Shown here in pieces: positions 1 through 9,039 of a DNA stretch of 64,000 bases; positions within the stretch are counted from its first letter, which is position 1, and each line of letters opens with the position of its first letter. Origin of the DNA: an uncultured virus (IMG/VR IMGVR_UViG_3300024319_000691) (taxonomy: Duplodnaviria > Heunggongvirae > Uroviricota > Caudoviricetes). The DNA lies in the IMG/VR virus record IMGVR_UViG_3300024319_000691; one strand, given 5' to 3'. A program made the position numbers and the translations under genes. A model generated the notes under the pieces. The model was given only the letters and a program-made list of their open reading frames with translations. It did not search any database and had not been told where the DNA came from.

Positions 1-1569
1 AACTATGAAATTACGGATTATGGCCGACAGGCAAATGCATTTAAAGAATTTGAAGCAGAACATAATGGTAAAAAAGTAAAGGTAAAATTAACTGCAATGT
101 ATGGTGTTAAGTTAGAAGTAACTGACGATGTACGCAGCGCTAGATTTAATAAAGAAGTAAAGCTAAATTCTATTATTTTAGAATCGGTTAATGAAGGTAA
201 GTTTGACGGTATTGCAGATTTAGTAAAATCTTTACATTTTGAAATGGATCCTAAAACTGCCGAAGAAAAGAAGATTGAAATAGGTTACAGACAAGGAGAA
301 GTAACAAAGCGTAAACAAATTGAAGGTGGTAATTATTCACTAAGAAGATTCAGAAAAGAAATTAAATATTGGGACGGTAATAAAAGAGATCAAGAATGGG
401 CAGAAGGCGTATTTGCTGGTCCAGACCATTATAATACTGTAAAGTCAACATTAGGAGCTGGTCCTCATAAGAAAGCTGTTAAGAAAGTAAGATGGACTCA
501 AAGGAAATATGACCAATGGTTAGAAGACGTTGCATCAAACGACGGTTGGAAGAATGCCTATGATATGGCACAAAACGCCCAATTCGAACCAGGTCTTATT
601 GATTGGGTTGAGAAAAACTTTAGAGGTGATGATCCAATGCAAAGAATCCAATGGGATATTGAAGCATTTGCAGAATCAACATCCACTAAACTGACTCATT
701 TAAAATCTATTAATGAAGATGTTATTTTAGATAAAGAAACAGATGATGAAATATTCGATTCAGAAACATACTATACAATAAGTAAGGTTTTAGCTATTGC
801 TAGAAAATCTAAAGAATGTAAAGAAGCATACAAAAGAGAATCTAACTTCGGTAATGGTTTACAAATGGCTGAACGTTTAAAAAAGGAATTTCCAAAAATT
901 CAATTCAAATGTAGAGTTTATAGATCAGAATGGAATTATGGAGGTAACTTATGTTTGAGCATTGAGCTTCGAGGAAAATCATGGAAACATGAAGTATTTA
1001 AGTTTCAGTCTAACAACTCAACGCGTAAACCTAATTATTCATTTGCAAAATTATTCAATGGAACCAAAAAAGTATCAACTGGAAAGGTAGAAGATGATTG
1101 GGGTATGGGAACTGTACATGGTTCTTATCAATCTATTTCTAGCTTTGATAAATTTATGGATGATGTAGTTGGAGTTTTCAAAGATTACAAAAGAGTAAAC
1201 GGAGTAGAATTTGACATGAAAACTATCCTAGCAGGTTTTAAAGCTAATGATAAAATATTAGCCGAATGGACTAGATTAAAGCCAAGAATCGAAAAGCAAT
1301 ATGACATCGCAAAGGCAAGCGGAAGAAAAGCACATAGAAGAATAGAATTAAGAATGCCTTATATTAGAACGGCTGAAAAGAAAGTTTATTATAAGACTGA
1401 CGAGCCAAGAGAATTAAGACATCCTGATGAATATGGAGAAAGCGCTTATAATATTATAGATGGAAGAGATTACGCTAAGTACGAAGCTGCTCAAGCTAAG
1501 GTTTCAGATATGATTGAAAAGTTTTGTAAGAAACATAACTTTGAATTTGTATGGGCTGCTAGCTGGTAA
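1..1569 (+). CDS. 5'-truncated hypothetical protein, possibly a head-protease-processed internal polyprotein
   Basis: Frame is open from base 1 (NYEITDYGR...) into the listed ORF at 97; internal 'LESVNE/G' and 'LKSINE/D' motifs resemble the N-terminal motifs of other late proteins here. Confidence 0.6.
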   Translation, partial: NYEITDYGRQANAFKEFEAEHNGKKVKVKLTAMYGVKLEVTDDVRSARFNKEVKLNSIILESVNEGKFDGIADLVKSLHFEMDPKTAEEKKIEIGYRQGEVTKRKQIEGGNYSLRRFRKEIKYWDGNKRDQEWAEGVFAGPDHYNTVKSTLGAGPHKKAVKKVRWTQRKYDQWLEDVASNDGWKNAYDMAQNAQFEPGLIDWVEKNFRGDDPMQRIQWDIEAFAESTSTKLTHLKSINEDVILDKETDDEIFDSETYYTISKVLAIARKSKECKEAYKRESNFGNGLQMAERLKKEFPKIQFKCRVYRSEWNYGGNLCLSIELRGKSWKHEVFKFQSNNSTRKPNYSFAKLFNGTKKVSTGKVEDDWGMGTVHGSYQSISSFDKFMDDVVGVFKDYKRVNGVEFDMKTILAGFKANDKILAEWTRLKPRIEKQYDIAKASGRKAHRRIELRMPYIRTAEKKVYYKTDEPRELRHPDEYGESAYNIIDGRDYAKYEAAQAKVSDMIEKFCKKHNFEFVWAASW

Positions 1570-1583
1570 TCTTTAAAATATTT

Positions 1584-1610
1584 AAACAATTTAAGAATGC
1601 TCTGTATAAC
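1584..1610 (+). promoter_or_regulatory. class 2 (putative middle) promoter AAAC-N17-TATAAC
   Basis: Matches a motif recurring with fixed 17-nt spacing; overlaps terminator hairpin. Confidence 0.6.
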
Positions 1611-1625
1611 TACAGAGCATTTTTT
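1597..1625 (+). terminator. intrinsic terminator
   Basis: ATGCTCTGTA-taac-TACAGAGCAT followed by T-run. Confidence 0.7.
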
Positions 1626-1636
1626 ATTAATAGAGT

Positions 1637-2029
1637 ATGGACAAGATGAGATTCGCATTAATTGCGCACGATAACAAAAAAGCAGACATGGTAGCATTTG
1701 TATCTAAGAGATTAGATTTCTTTAACAGTGATGCAGTAGACATAGTTACCACAGGAACTACGGGGAAAAAGGTAGAGCATGCTGGAATTGATAGAGTTTC
1801 TACTGTTCAAAGTGGTCCTCTAGGTGGAGATGCTGAAATAGCGGCAATGGTAGTTAGAGGAGAAATCACAGGCGTAATATTCATGAGAGACCCTCTAGAT
1901 AAACATCCACATGATGTAGATATATCAATGCTAATGAGACTTTGCGATGTCCATGACATCCCCTTGGCTACCAACTACAGCACTGCAAGTATTCTTATCA
2001 AGTGGTATAGATCTAAATATAAAATATAA
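1637..2029 (+). CDS. mgsA: methylglyoxal synthase
   Basis: ALIAHDNKK, TTGTTG, SGPLGGDAEI, DPLDKHPHDVD, LCDVHDIPLATN motifs. Confidence 0.93.
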   Translation: MDKMRFALIAHDNKKADMVAFVSKRLDFFNSDAVDIVTTGTTGKKVEHAGIDRVSTVQSGPLGGDAEIAAMVVRGEITGVIFMRDPLDKHPHDVDISMLMRLCDVHDIPLATNYSTASILIKWYRSKYKI

Positions 2030-2054
2030 ACAATTTAGTTTTTTTAAGTATAAT
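2028..2054 (+). promoter_or_regulatory. class 2 promoter AAAC-N17-TATAAT
   Basis: Motif match upstream of ORF 2060. Confidence 0.6.
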
Positions 2055-2059
2055 ACAAT

Positions 2060-2305
2060 ATGGATAACATTATCTTCAGACCCGAAAACTTTAACACATG
2101 GTCAATTCAAGCGATAGAGAAAATCGAAACTGTGATTGATTCATGTTCTAGTCTTTCCCATCTAGATGGAGCTAGAAAATTAGTTGATAACTTTACTATC
2201 ATCACTGCACTTGAAGAAGATGATGAAAAATCTATTGAAATAATTATTCACCAGTTGTGGCTCAGAATTAAGTTACAAGAAAATAAAATAAATGGATCAA
2301 AATAA
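2060..2305 (+). CDS. hypothetical protein
   Basis: 81-aa ORF in operon, overlapping next gene. Confidence 0.7.
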   Translation: MDNIIFRPENFNTWSIQAIEKIETVIDSCSSLSHLDGARKLVDNFTIITALEEDDEKSIEIIIHQLWLRIKLQENKINGSK

Positions 2306-2786
2306 AGGTAAAATAGGATTTACAGCAGGGAACTTCGATCTTCTTCACCCTGGATATATTTACACATTCGAAACAGCAAAAGAACACTGTGATTACTTTA
2401 TGGTATTTCTGCAAAGAGATCCTTCGGAAACTAGATTTACTAAATACAAGCCAGTAATTCCATTATACGAAAGATATAAAACTTTAATGGCTATTAAATA
2501 CGTAGACGAAGTAGTTACATATCAAACAGAAGAAGATCTTATTAACTTAATGGAATTTTATAAACCAGATGTTAGAATTTTAGGAGATGATTACATTGGT
2601 AAAAGATTCACAGGAGATCACATGCCAATTGAGGTTATTTATACAACTAGATCACATAATTGGTCTACGACAAGAATTAAAGATTTAATAACTAAGCAAA
2701 CCATCTTACAGAATCCTTCTATTATAGAAGAAAACGTAAAGTCATTAACAGCTGATGAAGCGGCTAAAATAATTAATAACAAATGA
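2292..2786 (+). CDS. cytidylyltransferase-like nucleotidyltransferase (TagD/RfaE family)
   Basis: GFTAGNFDLLHPGY (HxGH variant), ER...KYVDEV, GDDY, STTRIK. Confidence 0.85.
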   Translation: MDQNKGKIGFTAGNFDLLHPGYIYTFETAKEHCDYFMVFLQRDPSETRFTKYKPVIPLYERYKTLMAIKYVDEVVTYQTEEDLINLMEFYKPDVRILGDDYIGKRFTGDHMPIEVIYTTRSHNWSTTRIKDLITKQTILQNPSIIEENVKSLTADEAAKIINNK

Positions 2787-3712
2787 GAATAATAGTAACT
2801 GGTGGATTTGGATTTATAGGATCTGAATTTGTAAACACGATTGGTAGAAAAAACCCAACAGCAGAAATTGTAGTAGTTGATAAAATGACTTATGCTGCAA
2901 ATCCAAATAACATTAAAACTAAAGTAACATTAATTCAGAAAGATATTTGCGAAGTAACAGTAGAAGATCTAGGAGAATATGATTTCCTTGTTCACTTCGC
3001 AGCTGAGAGTCATGTAGATAATTCTATTAAAGACGGAAGACCTTTCGTTAGAACAAACGTTGAAGGAACGTTCAATCTTTTAGAGTGTGCTAGACAAAAC
3101 CCTAATCTTAGAAAATTTATTCATATTTCTACAGATGAAGTTTACGGCGACATGGACGACATTAGTAAGGACGTAGTAGCGGATGAAGAATTTCCGCTAG
3201 TAGCTTCTTCTTATTATTCGGCGACTAAAGCATCATCAGACATGCTAGTCCTTTCAGCTAACAGAACATTTGATCTTCCATATATTATTACCAGAACATG
3301 TAACAATTATGGTGCTCATCAACATAAAGAAAAATTTATCCCAACTATCATGCGCTCTATTAAAGAAGGAAAGAAAATTCCTGTTTATGGAGATGGAAAG
3401 CAAGTTAGAGAATGGATGGACGTAACAGACAACACTTTAGTTATTTATAACTTAATGATGTCAGACCGAATTAACGAAGTATTTAATATTGGTTCAGAGG
3501 AAAGATACACTAATTTAGAAGTTATTGAAATGATAGGAAACATCATGGGCAAAACTCCTGAATTTGAATTTGTAGCAGACCGTCTAGGACATGATAGAAG
3601 ATACGCACTTAATAGCTCAAAGGTAAATGCTATTTTAGGAGAAATGATCCCTTTATCCTTTGAAGAATTTTTAAAAGAAGAAACATTTAAACTACTAGAA
3701 ACTCAATTATGA
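2783..3712 (+). CDS. rmlB: dTDP-glucose 4,6-dehydratase
   Basis: TGGFGFIG, DKMTYA, HFAAESHVDNSI, STDEVYG, YSATKAS, DRLGHDRRYA. Confidence 0.93.
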   Translation: MRIIVTGGFGFIGSEFVNTIGRKNPTAEIVVVDKMTYAANPNNIKTKVTLIQKDICEVTVEDLGEYDFLVHFAAESHVDNSIKDGRPFVRTNVEGTFNLLECARQNPNLRKFIHISTDEVYGDMDDISKDVVADEEFPLVASSYYSATKASSDMLVLSANRTFDLPYIITRTCNNYGAHQHKEKFIPTIMRSIKEGKKIPVYGDGKQVREWMDVTDNTLVIYNLMMSDRINEVFNIGSEERYTNLEVIEMIGNIMGKTPEFEFVADRLGHDRRYALNSSKVNAILGEMIPLSFEEFLKEETFKLLETQL

Positions 3713-3924
3713 ATAAGAAATTAATCGAAATGCTAAGAGCTAGTGCCTTAGCTGAAAAATCAAAAGCACTTTTATCTTTAGATCTTTTAGGAAATAAAGG
3801 ATCTGGTATTGGAGATCACTCAACTGGTGATTTCTATAAAAATGCAGAAGAAGCTTTATCAATGTTAGTTGACGCTGATGATAAGTTAGAAGCACTTGAC
3901 AAGTATTTTCCAGAAGATTTGTAA
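3709..3924 (+). CDS. hypothetical protein
   Basis: 71-aa ORF translationally coupled to rmlB. Confidence 0.7.
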   Translation: MNKKLIEMLRASALAEKSKALLSLDLLGNKGSGIGDHSTGDFYKNAEEALSMLVDADDKLEALDKYFPEDL

Positions 3925-3960
3925 AACATTGCACTTTTTTTGAAAAAAAGCAGCCCGAGA

Positions 3961-3992
3961 TTTTTTTATCTCGGGTTTTTTTGTTATATTAG
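3961..3992 (+). promoter_or_regulatory. class 1 (putative early) promoter repeat, copy 1, overlapping a hairpin
   Basis: TTTTTTTATCTCggg...TTGTTATATTAG; forms CCCGAGA/TCTCGGG stem followed by T-run. Confidence 0.65.
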
Positions 3993-4019
3993 TATAGTAA
4001 TTAATAAACAAAGCAATAA

Positions 4020-4961
4020 ATGAAAAGATATTCGAAAGGAATTAAAACCAACGACCACACATTAACAGATGTATTTTCAGCCTATGAATGTAATAGAGAA
4101 ACTCAATTCGTAGAAGCCTTTTTTGGCAAAGAAGAAATGAACACTGTAATCGAAGCATGTGGTTTATCCAGCATTGAAGATATAGACAGAAAATTAGAAA
4201 CACCTATCACAATTGGAATGGCAACCAAAAGAGCTGATCTTACGTTTGAAGACGAAGGACAGATGTATTATTTTGAAGTGATGAGTCAATCTCAAAAGGG
4301 TAAATGGGACAATGATCACCATGAACAGTTCTATCTTAAATCCAATAGACTTAAACAGGATTACGAACAAGTATATTCATTTGCAATTGCGTTTAAAGAA
4401 TTCGATGCACCCTATCTTAATGAATTTTCTAAGATGGAAGATTCTTATGCTATACATCTAAGGTTCAATGATCAAGGTTATTTTGCAGATGTATATGGAA
4501 TAGAAGAAAAGAAGGAAAAGGTTTCAGTTAAACTCGCTTCGCTTGAAGAGCTTGGTTTAAAATGGATGAAAGTCGCTTCATCTGAAATGGGATTCAAAAA
4601 TAGAAAAGAATTACCACACCGCAGTAGATACCTTTATATTGGAAAGGCTTATACTGGTTCTAGATTGGGTATAGAATGGGTTATTAATCAAAAGAACCAT
4701 GACCTTGGAATTAAAATATCAGGATATTTAGTTAAAGATCATGGACTTACTAGAATCATAGATGAAACAGGAAAGATAATTGATAGTATAAAATCTAAAG
4801 TTCCAGGTTTTGAATTCGTAAAAGAAAGCACAGGTGCAAATGATAAAACAATTTCATTTAAATTTGATAACACTGATTTCTCAGAAGAAAATGTAAAGCT
4901 GCTAAAGGATATCACAGTTGCTTTCGCCGAAGAATTAGGAATAGAAAACTTACTAAAATAA
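4020..4961 (+). CDS. putative PD-(D/E)XK endonuclease with C-terminal DUF4268-like region
   Basis: RADL...YFEVMSQ...WDNDHHEQ resembles the RxDI...IENQ...DHDHLGQ pattern of EndoMS/DUF4268-type nucleases. Confidence 0.55.
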   Translation: MKRYSKGIKTNDHTLTDVFSAYECNRETQFVEAFFGKEEMNTVIEACGLSSIEDIDRKLETPITIGMATKRADLTFEDEGQMYYFEVMSQSQKGKWDNDHHEQFYLKSNRLKQDYEQVYSFAIAFKEFDAPYLNEFSKMEDSYAIHLRFNDQGYFADVYGIEEKKEKVSVKLASLEELGLKWMKVASSEMGFKNRKELPHRSRYLYIGKAYTGSRLGIEWVINQKNHDLGIKISGYLVKDHGLTRIIDETGKIIDSIKSKVPGFEFVKESTGANDKTISFKFDNTDFSEENVKLLKDITVAFAEELGIENLLK

Positions 4962-4968
4962 AACAAAG

Positions 4969-5145
4969 ATGAGCAAAGAAGACGTAAAGGTATTGGTTAA
5001 TCTACTAACCAATGCAGCAGATGAAATTAAGTATGCAAACATGGACCACGAAACACAATTCGCGTATAACGAAGGAATTGAAGATCTAATAATTCTAGTA
5101 GAATCAAAATTAGAAAAATTAGCCGTAAACAAAACGCATATATAG
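4969..5145 (+). CDS. small hypothetical protein (58 aa, not in ORF track)
   Basis: ATG at 4969 to TAG at 5145: MSKEDVKVLVNLLTNAADEIKY... Confidence 0.6.
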   Translation: MSKEDVKVLVNLLTNAADEIKYANMDHETQFAYNEGIEDLIILVESKLEKLAVNKTHI

Positions 5146-5153
5146 AGTATAAT
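5127..5153 (+). promoter_or_regulatory. class 2 promoter AAAC-N17-TATAAT
   Basis: Motif match upstream of 5170. Confidence 0.6.
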
Positions 5154-5169
5154 AATTAAACACATTCTT

Positions 5170-5436
5170 ATGAAAAGTATCTTAGAAGAAGCAAACGAAA
5201 TTGTAAACAACAGGAGTGAAGAAGCGGATCGTAATTACGGTCCTTTTTCAGAAGGCATGGACAGAGCTGCCCTAATATTTAAAGGTATGACAGGCCATGA
5301 TGTAAGTGGCGCTGATATGTTTAAAGCATTAGTTGCTCTTAAGTTTTCAAGAGAAAGTTACAATCATAAAAGAGATAATCTCTTAGATGCAGTAGCATAC
5401 ATTCAAGGTTTAGATAATTACGAAAACGGAAAATAA
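5170..5436 (+). CDS. DUF6378-like small helical phage protein
   Basis: ILEEANEIVN.R...YG....M...LKFSRE....KRDNLLDAVAY pattern. Confidence 0.6.
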   Translation: MKSILEEANEIVNNRSEEADRNYGPFSEGMDRAALIFKGMTGHDVSGADMFKALVALKFSRESYNHKRDNLLDAVAYIQGLDNYENGK

Positions 5437-5790
5437 ATGAAAGTACAGGTAAGAAGAACCGAGTATCGATATATTGCCGAAGCAACTCCTATCGTAACAT
5501 TAGACACTGAAAAATTCCCTAATTATAAAGGAGCAACCGAAGAAGAATTCGTTCAATACTTAGCAGAAAACTATTGGGAGCTGGAAGGAATGGACGAATT
5601 AGTAGGAACTGATATCGGGGTAAATGACGAAGAAACACATAACGCATTAGGAGATTTAGTCTATTCCGAAATGGACGTATATTCTGATTCATCTGAAAAA
5701 GGATATGAAGGAGAAATACAAATAGGAGAAGAAGACCAATCATACAGAAAACATGGAGGATTTAACATAAAACACGGATCACAAATATGA
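5437..5790 (+). CDS. acidic hypothetical protein
   Basis: 117-aa ORF abutting neighbours. Confidence 0.7.
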   Translation: MKVQVRRTEYRYIAEATPIVTLDTEKFPNYKGATEEEFVQYLAENYWELEGMDELVGTDIGVNDEETHNALGDLVYSEMDVYSDSSEKGYEGEIQIGEEDQSYRKHGGFNIKHGSQI

Positions 5791-7010
5791 AAATAGCATT
5801 AGTATTAGCAAAAGGAGTTGAAGGTTGTGGACTCACAAGACACACAATCGAATTTTATAATTGGCTTATAAAAGAAGGCCATGATGCCACGATTTATGCA
5901 GCGGTAGAAAAGAAATGGCCTCGCCATAAAACTACAGATATTGTTTGCACTGAATTTAAAAGAAAGGATATTCCTAATATCGCTAAAGAACTTGAAAAAA
6001 GTGATGTAGTATATTACACATCGTATCCGCATAAATCAGTAGGAGATGAATTCAACGAAGATTTTATTGAGCACTGTATTTATGGTTTAGAAAATCCTAT
6101 TAAAATAGGAAACTGCTTAGATCATAACACTGCAAACTTAGCAAAGAATTATAAGTATTGGGAAATCATGAAATCAATGGACGCTATGTTCAACTATTCT
6201 GCAAGATCTAATTTTGCAAATAAATTAAGAGAACATGCACCTGATACTCCATTAATCGAAATGAATCTTAATCCTTATGACTATGATGCATGGTCTAATA
6301 TTGTGGTTCCAGTTGAAGAACAAGAAAGAAGAACTACATACTTTGGAAGATTTGCTGGATTTAAAGATCCTTTTAGAATGTTCGATATTATGGAACTATT
6401 GAAAGGTAATAATTTCGTAACAGAATGTAGAGGAGTTGAAAGATCTATTGGAGCTCTTCCTATGTTTTTACAAGAAGATAGAAAAACTCTAAGAGAAGAT
6501 ATCTTTGAAGTTCATGAAATCAAAAACCCTGTTACATATCCACAAGTCGAAGACAGAATGTATATGTATGGGCCTTATAATTTAGCAGAAGGAATGGCAG
6601 AACTTGGAAAATCAATGTTCGGTGCAGAATTCTTTAACTTACCAGAAAGACTCTATGGTTCAATGATTGAATATGCAATGTGTGAGGTTATTGCAGCGGG
6701 AACTATACCACTATTTGACAAACACTGGGGAACTCACGTTATTCACAGAACAGAAGGAGTTCCTTTCATAGAACTTGAAGATTTTGCAATCTTCGTAGAC
6801 AAAGAAGATATTGCAGCTTCTATTCCACAGATTTTAGAATTAGCAAACAATAACGAAAGAAGAGAAGAGTTTAGAAAAAACTCTTTAAGATTAGCTAAAT
6901 TACACAACGCGCCAGAAGTTGTTAACAATGATCTCTTTGAAGCTATTAACAATGTTAATAAAAGATCAGTAGAAAAACCAGTAGAATTAAAAACAGATTC
7001 ATTATTTTAA
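5787..7010 (+). CDS. agt: DNA alpha-glucosyltransferase-like glycosyltransferase (T4 Agt homolog, GT-B)
   Basis: KGVEGCGLT, GRFAGFKD..RMFD, RGVERS, IEYAMCE..AAGTIPLF are colinear with T4 Agt motifs as remembered (RGLEGCGVT, GRTTTWKG..QMFD, EGLERS, LEY...GACGTIPVF); similar length of about 400 aa. Confidence 0.8.
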   Translation: MKIALVLAKGVEGCGLTRHTIEFYNWLIKEGHDATIYAAVEKKWPRHKTTDIVCTEFKRKDIPNIAKELEKSDVVYYTSYPHKSVGDEFNEDFIEHCIYGLENPIKIGNCLDHNTANLAKNYKYWEIMKSMDAMFNYSARSNFANKLREHAPDTPLIEMNLNPYDYDAWSNIVVPVEEQERRTTYFGRFAGFKDPFRMFDIMELLKGNNFVTECRGVERSIGALPMFLQEDRKTLREDIFEVHEIKNPVTYPQVEDRMYMYGPYNLAEGMAELGKSMFGAEFFNLPERLYGSMIEYAMCEVIAAGTIPLFDKHWGTHVIHRTEGVPFIELEDFAIFVDKEDIAASIPQILELANNNERREEFRKNSLRLAKLHNAPEVVNNDLFEAINNVNKRSVEKPVELKTDSLF

Positions 7011-7017
7011 GTAGAAT
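6991..7017 (+). promoter_or_regulatory. class 2 promoter AAAC-N17-TAGAAT
   Basis: Motif match upstream of dCTPase and the polymerase N-half. Confidence 0.6.
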
Positions 7018-7046
7018 AATAAGTAACATTAAAAAGTAGCGAAAAA

Positions 7047-7514
7047 ATGGCAAACATTGACAACGAATGTAAAGATCTAGAAGTAAAAGATTTTTACGAC
7101 CAATCAACAACACACTTAGCAGATATCATGGAAAACCAAAAGAAGATGCAAGAGCAGACTTATGGTTTTAACTTTGATAATATGACAATCCGAGAAATTA
7201 TGGATTTCTGGCACTGTAACACACATGCAGTAGTTGACGAAATTCATGAAATGACAGATGCTCTAGGCGGTATTAAAGACGGAAGTGGTAATGCAGTATG
7301 GAAATACTGGAAAAAAGACTTCACTAAGTATGATAAGTTAAAAATTTCTGACATGTCCGAAGGCGACAAAAAAGAATTGTATATGGAATGGGTAGACATT
7401 CTACACTTCTTTATTAATTACGCCGCTTCAATTGGGCTAGATGCTAAAACAGCATACAACTACTACTTCGCAAAAGCAGAAGAGAATGTTAACCGTCAGA
7501 AAAATAACTATTAA
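7047..7514 (+). CDS. dCTPase/dUTPase (T4 gp56-like, all-alpha NTP pyrophosphatase)
   Basis: DEIHEM, WKYWKK, ELYMEWVDILHFF, KAEENVNRQKNNY. Confidence 0.8.
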   Translation: MANIDNECKDLEVKDFYDQSTTHLADIMENQKKMQEQTYGFNFDNMTIREIMDFWHCNTHAVVDEIHEMTDALGGIKDGSGNAVWKYWKKDFTKYDKLKISDMSEGDKKELYMEWVDILHFFINYAASIGLDAKTAYNYYFAKAEENVNRQKNNY

Positions 7515-8911
7515 TGATATTAGATATTGAACAGAGAGACAGGGATGTTATCATCTCTTACTACGACACCGAAGGTAAAGTAGCATTTAAACAATATCCA
7601 ATTTCACAGTATCAGAACTGGTATGTATGTAATGATAATGATAAAGGCAGAAGTCTAGATCATAAAAACTGGGATGGCAGATCAGTCAAACTAGGAAGTG
7701 CAAGAAGATATAATAAGTTTTCTTTAACTTATTTCTTAGATTCATTACCCGCAAAGGATAAAGAAGAAATCTTTGCATACAATATGCCTAAAACATACTT
7801 CGTCGATATTGAAACTGAAATCGTAGATGGCTTTCCAAAAGCTGAAGAAGCTAAAAGTAGAATCCTATCATTTTCCATAATTACACCAGAACATAAAGCT
7901 ATTGTATTAGGATTGGAAGATATGGATTCTAAAAGCATCCAAAAAATTGAAGACGATACTAATAAGTATTTCAAAGACTTTGATCAGGATTGGGAATTCA
8001 AATATCAGAAATTCGAGTCAGAATATGACATGGTCTATACGTTCTTAATGAAGTTCCTACCTAAGTTTCCAATGATGACAGGCTGGAACTTTATTAATTA
8101 TGATTGGCAATATATTGTAAACAGATGTAAAAGATTACAAATTGATATTGCTGAAGTTTCTATGACACAATCTTTGGATAGAAATGACAGCAGACCCTTA
8201 CATATTGGAATCTTAGATTACATGCAATTATATGATAAGTATGATAGAAGTGTAAAGGTAAAAGAATCTAATGCACTTGATTATGTCTCAGGTCAAGTTC
8301 TTAATGTTAACAAGATTAAATTTACAGGATCTCTACAGGATTTATATAGGGATGATTTTGTAAAATACATTTACTACAATGTAGTCGATTCCGTATTGGT
8401 TTATTATATAGATCAAAAGTTGAAATCGATGGAAGTTCTTTTAACCTTGGCAAACATCACAAAGATGCCTCTATATAAAGCAGCATCGCCAGTGGCAGTT
8501 ACAGAATCTCTGATTGCACGAAAATTATCAGAAGAAGGTAAACGAATTGGATCTGAAAAGAAGGAAGACAGTGAAAAGAATGCACAATATGCCGGTGCTT
8601 ATGTAAAAGAACCCATTACTGGATATTATGCAGGTGTAAGTGCATTTGACTTTGCATCACTATATCCTTCTATAATGAGACAATTTAATATTTCACCTGA
8701 CGCCTTTGTTGAAAAGGTAGCAAAGCATGAAGTCGCTGAGCGAAGAAAGGATAAAGAAGTAATCGTTTGTGAAAACGGAGTAGTCTATAAACAAGAGACT
8801 TCAATGTTAAAGAAAATTCTAGGAGATTTATATGATCAGCGTAAAGATTATAAACAAACCTCATACGAATATTTCACTAAAGCCGACAGACTTAAAAAAA
8901 GATTAAGATAA
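7514..8911 (+). CDS. family B DNA polymerase, N-terminal part (3'-5' exonuclease + motif A)
   Basis: ExoI DIETE, ExoII GWNFINYD, ExoIII YNVVDS, YAGAYV, motif A DFASLYPS; ends in the fingers region. Confidence 0.92.
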   Translation: MILDIEQRDRDVIISYYDTEGKVAFKQYPISQYQNWYVCNDNDKGRSLDHKNWDGRSVKLGSARRYNKFSLTYFLDSLPAKDKEEIFAYNMPKTYFVDIETEIVDGFPKAEEAKSRILSFSIITPEHKAIVLGLEDMDSKSIQKIEDDTNKYFKDFDQDWEFKYQKFESEYDMVYTFLMKFLPKFPMMTGWNFINYDWQYIVNRCKRLQIDIAEVSMTQSLDRNDSRPLHIGILDYMQLYDKYDRSVKVKESNALDYVSGQVLNVNKIKFTGSLQDLYRDDFVKYIYYNVVDSVLVYYIDQKLKSMEVLLTLANITKMPLYKAASPVAVTESLIARKLSEEGKRIGSEKKEDSEKNAQYAGAYVKEPITGYYAGVSAFDFASLYPSIMRQFNISPDAFVEKVAKHEVAERRKDKEVIVCENGVVYKQETSMLKKILGDLYDQRKDYKQTSYEYFTKADRLKKRLR

Positions 8912-8947
8912 TCTTTTTGTCTCGAGAGGCAGTCCATTATTCTACAT

Positions 8948-8956
8948 GAATATATA
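8948..8956 (+). promoter_or_regulatory. class 3 (putative late) motif GAATATATA followed by a 5' stem-loop
   Basis: Motif also seen upstream of structural genes; GAGACCAA...TTGGTCTT hairpin follows. Confidence 0.4.
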
Positions 8957-9039
8957 GACTACTAACGAGACCAATCTGTTACCAGTTGGTCTTTTGTAGA
9001 CTTTAGGAACTAGTTAAAAAATTTAAGAAAACATAATTT

